The notes beneath the pieces were generated by a model. That model saw only the letters and a program-made list of their open reading frames with translations. It was not told the origin of the DNA and did no database searches. Positions 55,565 through 64,000 of a stretch of 64,000 nt of DNA are shown here, in pieces (position 1 is the first letter of the stretch; every line of letters begins with the position of its first letter). This DNA comes from Octopus vulgaris (taxonomy: Eukaryota): assembly GCA_951406725.2 (NCBI GenBank), contig OX597818.1:118172001-118236000 (forward strand), written 5' to 3'. The position numbers and the translations under genes were made by a program.

Positions 55565-57059
55565 ATCTCTCTCTCGCTCTCACGCACTTTCTCTCTCTAT
55601 CTCTCTCCTGTTACCTGTCTATGAACCAGTTTTATTCATTTATTCTTGTTTCAGGGATTTGACTGCCGCCATGCTGGAGTATTACCTTTAGTCAAAGAAA
55701 CCGGCCCCAGGGTTTATTCTTTTTATTATTTGCTGATGACGAATATGAAACTATTGAAGCGCAATATATTTGCAAAAACAGCTTCTATAATATAATAAAA
55801 GAATTATATTTCATATTTTAATTTTAACCTTCTATTGAAGGAGCATGCGACATCTTCCGTACATTTATATTATTAACAATTACATAAATTAAAAATTGAA
55901 TTTAATTAGTGATATTTAGTTAGTAATTTGTCAAAATACTTTAAAAATAACTATTCGTACATTCTTCTGTTATGTGGTTGGAGATATTTGGTTAATACGT
56001 TCTGATAAATATTGTTCGTAGCGAATTCAGCTTTGTTTATGTTTTGTAACAAATATATAAGTGAATGCTACTTAAATTTCCAAAAAACAACGAATTTGTA
56101 AATTACGAGTTTACTCAATATTTCTTAATTTACAATTTCAGCAAAAAAGAGAAAACTTAGATCATTATCATATTTGAAATCGTATGGTTAAATGATATTA
56201 AATAACGTTTGATATTTTTACTGATCAAATTTAATAATGATTAAATTTTTGCTTAACATGAAACAAATCTATTAATTTCGTTAAATATTTTATTTACAAT
56301 TTTTTTTTCAATTTAGTGTGAGTTTGTGTATAGTAGCGATATGTGTACGCTCTTGACTACATTTTCAATTGGAAAATCTTTTATTCGGCACATTGTATAA
56401 TATGAAAATGGCAGATGTAAACATAAGGTTTAATTACTAATGTCGTTTAGTTGCTGTATTCGTACGCTGTTTGGGTGACATTATTATTTATCGAATTCTG
56501 CAGAACACATTTAAAGGAAATGCATCTATATCATATATAGCAATAAAAAAAATTGTCTCCCTGTGTATATGTGGCACATATTTAACAATCTTATACTTCA
56601 AAATAAGTTGCAGGTGGTAATTCCCTTTCATATCGTCAATACATTAATCATTCTGAGAGAACCTCAAATATATCAGGAATCTCACTGTAATTTAGGAAAA
56701 ATTAAACATAATGACGTACATTTGCCATTTAAATATGGCTAACCCCTAAGGGTGGATGCTACTGTAGTTTGTAGCCCCAGGAGGACACCTCCTCCATCTA
56801 CTGTTTATACTCGCTCTGAGATTTATTATTAAACATAATGAGCATCATTAATATCATTTCAAATTAAAGTTTTGCTTATGTATTTGTCATGTTGTTACTT
56901 ATATTCCCGACTTAGCAGCCTTTTTTGTGACACATCAACAAATACATTGCCAGTGTATGTTTCTAGATTTAAGAGTGATGTTATGGTTTGGAGAAAATTT
57001 GGTCGCACATTTTAGCACATCGATTGAACCATGTAAAAGATTCCTCAATCTACTTAAGT

Positions 57060-57490
57060 GGGGTAAGCTGGCAGATAAAAATTTAATACGCCGGAGAAAA
57101 TGATTCGTGGCTTTTCTTCGGTCTTCATGTTCTGATTTCAAACTCCATCCTTTCGGGGTGTTTAACTTCAGTACCAGCGAGCATATAAGGCGATGTAATC
57201 AACTAGAGTTGTCTCGCTGCTCACACAATTTCAAGCCTTGTGCCTATAATAGTAATGTTTCTTTTATAGTGCTATAATGGTAGTTACCTAGCAGAGTCAT
57301 TAGCGTATCGGACAAAATGGCTAGCAGCATTTCGTGTGCCTTTCCTTTGCGAGTTCGAATTCTACCGAGGTCGAGTCTGCCTTTCATTCTTTCGATGTCA
57401 AATCAGTAACAGACATGTGCGGGTTTTGACATAATTAACTTCTTCTCCCATGAAAAAACTGCTGGCCCAGTACCAAAGCCTGAAACTACC
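57060..57490 (+). mobile_element. Two old SINE family B copies
   Basis: AAGCTGGCAGA..CATCCTTTCGGGG and GAGTTCGAATTCTACCGAGGTCGAGTCTGCCTTTCATTCTTTCG. Confidence 0.6.
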
Positions 57491-58293
57491 AATTGAGACT
57501 ATATAGTATATGTCAATACTCTTTTACACTTTGACTCGTTTGAGCCATGCGGTCGTGGCCATGCTGGAGTTTAAAATTTGAGATTACTTTCTAGTAAAAG
57601 CATAGCATAATGCCTTAACATAACCCGCACTGAAAGACATTTGCTATTGTTATATTTGCGGATCTTTTTCAAGTTTCCAATGGTTGAGCACACTTGTGAT
57701 GAAAGAGATTCAATTAGTAACCAACTTATCTTTTAGCTCCATTTCACCTAATGGAGTGTCTAATAGAGTTTCACCTAAATGAGAGACGTGTGTAATTTGA
57801 GATAATTACAGCCAGGTATCTAATACATCACAAGAGAAGCCAAATATATGTGTTTTATAATTGCCTCCCATTTGGGGTATATTTCAATACAACAGCACTC
57901 TATAATTGCATTCAAAATTTTGTAACTTATGAAAACTACGCCATTTTAAGCACATTCATACATATAATTCTTATTGGAAATTTACCCTCATTTTATAAGC
58001 TGACAGATATGGTTTTTAGAAAACCCCACTCTATTTATTAATAGAGTAAATGAATTGGTTTATTTCTCTAAAGATATAAGTAAAATGTTTTTATTTCCTT
58101 TATCACATTTAAATGCCTTATTTTACCATAAACAAATCCTCTTATAAGTCCCTGCTTCATTATTCCTAAATTCGGACAAGATATATCATATAAAAAGATC
58201 TCCGTTTGCAATCGTTTGTTTTTATAGTGGTTACGTATAATCTCATATCATTCACTCTCTATATCATTTTCACACATTCTCTGTCTTTCGCCA

Positions 58294-58350
<57 letters not shown>

Positions 58351-58403
58351 TTCTCAGCGTTTCTCTGAAACACACTTAAGCTCAAGTATATGTAAGCATA
58401 TAA

Positions 58404-58439
<36 letters not shown>

Positions 58440-58470
58440 TCTCTATCCTCTCTCACTCAATCTCTATCTC

Positions 58471-58584
<114 letters not shown>

Positions 58585-59098
58585 GTATTTGCATATATAT
58601 ATATATATCGCTTTTTGATGACAACCATGAATGTGATTAATACTTTTATAATCCTACCGTTGAATATCAAGATATTTACTCGATTCTGTATAGAGAAAAT
58701 TATATTCATCGGCCATTGGAAAATTATCCGTTAACATCAGTTCATTGTATACGATTGGCACTGTAATTAATGGATCACCTAATCCGTCCGTTATCTTTAT
58801 AATGCGCAAATAATAAACTTGTATAACAATCAATCAATTTTTTCCTATTTTGTACTCAGTAAATCTTTTCCGCCATCTCTCTCTCTCTCACCCACGCATA
58901 CAGACACACAATCTCTTTCTTTTTTTTCTCTCTAGCTCTTACGTATGTACAGTCAGAAACAACATGGCCGTCTATATTATAAATAATTTGCTAGCAAATT
59001 ACGTTTTCTTATTTTCTAGAACATACTTCTCAATTATATTCTACATAAATTTATAAAGAGTTAAAGAGAAAATGAATAATACATATGCACACACACAT

Positions 59099-59132
<34 letters not shown>

Positions 59133-59340
59133 TCTCTTTTACTCTTTTATTTGTTTCAGAGACATTTGGATGCGTCCATGCAGAAGCACCGCCTTTAGTC
59201 GAACAAATTGATACCAGGACTTATTCTTTGTAAGCCTAGGAATTATTCTATCGGTCTCTTTTGTTGAACAGCTAAGTTACCAGGACGTTAACACACTAGC
59301 ATCATTTATCAAGTGATGATGGGGAGGGTGGACAAACATA
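59133..59340 (-). mobile_element. SINE family A, 3' half
   Basis: CTCTTTTACTCTTTTATTTGTTTCAG..GCACCGCCTTTAGTCG. Confidence 0.8.
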
Positions 59341-59341
59341 C

Positions 59342-59394
<53 letters not shown>

Positions 59395-60025
59395 AATTAT
59401 TTTAAAAGGATATGCAGTTCTGAGGGTTAACATATTCCCTCTTAAATCGGTTTTATTTGCCTGTTAACCACAGTGAATGTTGGTTATACTCGAGTTAACA
59501 ATAAGTTGCTAGACTCTGATAATTTTTCTCGCTTAGTAAATCCGAGTGAAAATTTTTACGGGTTGTTGAATCTGCGACTAAATAAAAATAAAAGACATTA
59601 CGGAAATATATGGGAACATAACCATTGCTGCCTAACTTTAGAAAATACAGAAATACATGAGAGCACACAAATATAAACAAGAGCATGTTATATTAAAAGC
59701 TATGATTCTTCCTCAAATTGTTCCAAGTGCTACGTTCGGAGGCAAATGACAGAGTGACGTTCATGATCATCCCAAACAATAGCCTACAATCATGTTTTGG
59801 AGGTGAACGATAGCGAAGAGGGGGGGGGGGAGAAATACAATGAGAAGGCGAAAAGGAGATAGTGTGACGGAGAGAAGTGTGAGAGAGAATCTTCCAAGGT
59901 GCCAGAACCCAGAATCATGTGGCTGGGAAGCAAGCTTCTTACCATACAACCCCGCTGTGTAAATTTGCTGTCACACATTCACGTATTCACACAACCATAG
60001 ACACACGCAATCATACACTTATTCA

Positions 60026-60408
60026 TCTCTCTCTATATAAACGGCAGTTTGTCTGTGCTTGTTTCTGTGTGTCTGTTTGCTTGTACCCTCACCCTGACCA
60101 CGGCTTTCAACCGATTCTGATGAAACTTGACACACACATAGCCCAATGTCATAATTCAAAACTAACGCAGCGAAAATTTTGAAAAGTTCCCCCAGTTCTG
60201 AAAAAAATCGATAAATTCGACATGGGGTCGAGAATCAGAAACACGAACCACAAACTGTCTAGGGGGCGCAACTCCACCTTTTTTAAATCTAAAAAAAAAT
60301 TTACCATCATTTTTTTCCATTTTTTGCTATTTTTTGGCTATAACTCTCTAAAAATGCTTTATAGTTATTTCCCTTGCAAACCTGAGCAACGCCGGGCGAT
60401 ACTGCTAG
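60026..60408 (+). mobile_element. Non-autonomous Helitron
   Basis: 5' TC after A; 3' end CCTGAGCAACGCCGGGCGATACTGCTAG shared with the copies ending at 41959 and 43828. Confidence 0.85.
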
Positions 60409-60436
60409 TACCCATATATTCACTGCTAGTGAGTAT

Positions 60437-61170
60437 ATGTCACAAGCTTACAAGTGGGCCGAAATAAACAACATGCAGTTTAATGCTGGAACATTTCAAG
60501 TACTGAACTGTCAACTCACGAATACAGAGACAATCGACATTTACAGGACCCGAAGACACTACAATCCCAGAATCAGGGCAGGGAAAGACTTAGGTATCGG
60601 TATGCGCAATGACGCATCATTTCATATGCACGTAAGCAAGATGGCAGCAAAATGCAGACAGCCGGTAGGATGGAGACTGAGGTCCTTCAAGACAACAGAT
60701 AAAGAACTTATGTTGACACGGTGGAGAATCTTTCTTCACAGCCGCCTGGACTACTGTTCCCAGTTACAGGGACCATATAGTGCCAAAGTAACAGTGGACC
60801 TTGAAGTAGTCCAACGCCACTACACTAAAAGTTTTTAAAAAGTGCAGCGGATGAGCAATAGGGATAGGCTGAGAAAACTACAGATGTACTCCCTGGAGCA
60901 AAGACGTGAGAGATATGGAATACTATAGATATGGAATAATATAGATATGGAACATCCTAGAGGGGCTAGTACCTAACTTTGGTATTGAGTGTTATTCAAA
61001 TGTCAGAATTGACCGCCGTTTTATTGTACCAAAGGTACAATCCACTCCATCTAAATTCAGCACCAGGTATTACAATAGTCTAGGGTTCAAAGGACCACAT
61101 TTCCTCAATGCCCTGTCACAAACATTAAGAAATTTGTATAAGATGGAAGTAGATTTCTTCAAAAAGTTAC
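60437..61170 (+). pseudogene. CR1/L2-group LINE ORF2 3' fragment (RT thumb and C-terminus)
   Basis: KWAEINNMQFN..KDLGI..F..H..RSF..SRLDYCSQL..LEVVQRHYTK, continuing after a frameshift as RLRKLQMYSLEQRRERY. Confidence 0.85.
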
Positions 61171-61713
61171 TAAAAGTTGAAAATTGATAGATTAAAGATT
61201 TTTAAAAAGGGGAAAATTTGTGCGCATGCGCTTGAACTCATATAACTTGGATTTTAATAAAATAAGGGAAAGGAAGAGATGTGCGTAATTATATTAATAA
61301 ATATATATGATATCTGCGACAGTGTCTTAGAGTCTTCCTGCAGGTTGCTATGTGGCATCTCATGTTGACATTTAAGCTAACGTAGATTAGACCTCATTTC
61401 AGATTTCTCGAACGCTGTCACGCATTACAGATATTTGAAATATTTACTTAGCATAATTAAACATGTTGGTACTGCTACTGCACTCTAAGGGGTGCCTTAA
61501 GTTCCAGATGTCTCAAGCTAAGAGGAAATTTGGGCGTTAGTTTTTTTATCTACCATAGTGAAAGATAATAACTGTTTCAAGTAAATATTGTGATGGACTT
61601 GAGGAGCAGATGAAGATAGTCATGTGAGGCAGGATATATCGTACAATTACTCTGATATAACAGTATAATAATGTATAAAGGAAAATGTACACATATATAC
61701 ATATATGTATATG

Positions 61714-61761
<48 letters not shown>

Positions 61762-61854
61762 CTGTGTGAATTAGAGGTTGGGAATCCAACCAACTAAGGG
61801 ATAGTCTACCGGCTGATATATGTCGTCTTTGTCTCCTCTCCATTTTCTCATTTG

Positions 61855-61915
<61 letters not shown>

Positions 61916-61920
61916 TATAC

Positions 61921-62349
61921 ACCCTTTTTTGATTATATTCACATATTACTTGATGGATGTATTCGTAAAATTTTTCCCGGCATGCCCCATATCACCGGGA
62001 AGATTTTGCGTCTGCGCAGAGGTTTGAAAAGTTAAGATATGGTCTAACGCTCTGCGCATCTCGATTTAACATAGGCGTCTCGCTGATGAAACCGGCCTTA
62101 GCAAACATATTCTGTCTGTTTTGCTAGAAAGAGGTAGAAACTGATCAGTCCGGGATGTATCGTTAATGGTAAATGTTTTTGATTTTCACTCTCGATAAAT
62201 TTATCCCTTTTTTGTGTCCCTAGCACTTGGCATCCTTATTTAGGAGTCCTTAATTATATTTCTATATGAATAATATTTTGTCTAATGACTAATTCGTTCT
62301 TTGTGCTGGGCCACTGGTAGTAATCTATATTATTACCCTTTTTTGATTA

Positions 62350-62353
<4 letters not shown>
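61921..62353 (+). mobile_element. 414 bp hammerhead-containing unit with a 19 bp terminal direct repeat (retrozyme- or solo pseudo-LTR-like), in (TA)n
   Basis: ACCCTTTTTTGATTATATT at 61921-61939 and 62335-62353; central HHR; no meaningful ORF. Confidence 0.7.
62075..62158 (+). ncRNA. Type I hammerhead with long stem II and palindromic stem III
   Basis: GCGTCTCG-CTGATGA-A-ACC..TAGCAAA..TTTGCTA..GGT-A-GAAA-CTGATCAG-TC-CGGGATGT. Confidence 0.8.
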
Positions 62354-62412
<59 letters not shown>

Positions 62413-62415
<3 letters not shown>

Positions 62416-62525
62416 TCCTGCTCGCTTAGCCAGCGGGGTGGCGTCATTCGAAGGCTAAAACAATGCGAACGCATTGTGACCAGCGATGTGTAACAACATC
62501 TGATGGTCTGGTCGGTCACGTGATA

Positions 62526-62533
<8 letters not shown>
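62413..62533 (+). mobile_element. Short GC-rich insertion in (TA)n, probably a retroelement 3' end
   Basis: Stem-loop GACCA..GATGT/ACATC..TGGTC and a repeated ACGTGATA end; sharp TA flanks on both sides. Confidence 0.45.
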
Positions 62534-62562
<29 letters not shown>

Positions 62563-64000
62563 TAAGTAGTTTAACTAGTTTAGCTGGTGAGGCGCAACGA
62601 TATAGAAATTCCTGATGTCACTAAATCCTTTTACGCTAGCAAACCCAGTGTTATGGACAAACATTTATTGAAGAAATAATTGTTGTTTATCAACTGAGAT
62701 GCGACTAGCATATTTATCCTACAGTCACCAACTAGTTAAGAAGGAATACGTAAGACATCGTTTGTGCAAATATATATATATATATACACGTTACTTTCCT
62801 TGTGCTGAAGAATGGGCAAAACAGTGAGTTACGTACGTTATCCGTGGTTGTTTTTACGGACTTTAAAATATTGAAAAGATCACTGACCATAGATGGTTAA
62901 AGAAACATAAAGAACTTGTAAGCAGTACTGCGAGCAAACCACAAGAATCACAGACAAAAGAAAACATCAATATCGTTATGTGTGTGCATAATCCGTCAGT
63001 TCAAACAGAGAAGTCAGTCTTTCAACATTGATCTGGAATAGACAATGTTTTACCGATCTATTGCCTGCTCATAAAAAGGAGCAGCATCTGTGTGACCTAG
63101 AAACAAAAGTTCAGTGCACAGAATGGCCTTACGCTTCTGTTCTACTAAACATTAAGAATTCTAAGAGCTAGTGGTCGGCAAACAATTTAATGAGAAATAT
63201 TATGTACACAAATACTCTTCTCTGAAAACGTTTTATATGTAAAAGAAATGTCATTCTCGAGTTGTATTGCATTTCATGTCAAAAGTTGTTAATTCAAATA
63301 TCCAAATGTTGTATGCTGCCGTGTTGCTATCCCACTGAAATGCAAAATAATCGCTGCAACATCGTCCTTTATGGAAATTACTTACTATTTGACATCTCAG
63401 TGGACTCTCAAGACGGTATCGTGAACTACTTTGAATATGCTAATAACGGCAAGCATCATCACATTTAATGATTTGAAACATTCGTTTAGATGTAGTGAAA
63501 TCTTATAGATGTAGTCAGACGCAAAAAGAATTATCAGAGGGTTGTATATAATAGACACTTTCATACTAAATATCTACTAGCTAATAAATCATTGATTTGA
63601 AATATCCGTAAACCAAACAGAATGTCTAAAGACTGAAGTCGTGGTCATTTACGAATTGTGGTCAAATCTGTCTTTCTAAACACACAATTGTACAGTCTAT
63701 TAATATACGTGTAATACATAAATCTAAAACAAATAACTTTACGATCGGCATACATGCATTCATCATTCACTGTCTTACGATGTTTATGAATTTAAAAGGC
63801 TAAAATTTCAGAATCTTTTTGCTCTTTGCTTTTTATTAACCTTTCTGAATTTATATAATTTGGATATAACTGGGTGTTTGAATTAAGAGAAGGCAGAACG
63901 AAAATTAATGGTTGTAATATCATCTCATCGACTTACATATATTTAAAAGGTAGTTCTGTCGTGTGATCACTGAGTGTTGATGTGACAGCAACGATAGATT

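Noticed and set aside
55732-55762. CTGATGA..GAAAC as a hammerhead
   Set aside because: No stem II pairing and no convincing stem I or III.

Overview
AT-rich, microsatellite-dense animal DNA with no host gene or exon that I can support. The SINE families suggest a coleoid cephalopod, probably Octopus (inference). The window is a mosaic of mobile elements. It holds about 25 tRNA-derived SINE copies from 3-4 families, a full-length pseudogenised irritans-type mariner (44689-45953), a DD41D Tc1/mariner fragment, five Helitron pieces (two with PIF1 helicase remnants), and fragments of CR1/L2-like, RTE, R4/Dong and HERO non-LTR elements. It also holds a recent Penelope-like element with a C-terminal GIY-YIG endonuclease inserted in (TA)n (13227-14946). 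The signal the ORF track misses is RNA structure. At least five unrelated repeat families carry minimal type I hammerhead ribozyme (HHR) motifs: 2384, 13255/14806, 37310/37640, 46269 and 62075. Two of these look like non-LTR retrozymes. The most unusual item is the 3' UTR of the HERO fragment (16333-16445). It contains all hammerhead core nucleotides and helices, but in a strand order matching none of types I-III, which implies a pseudoknotted, permuted hammerhead-like fold. All coordinates and pairings were read by eye; no folding or database search was run.
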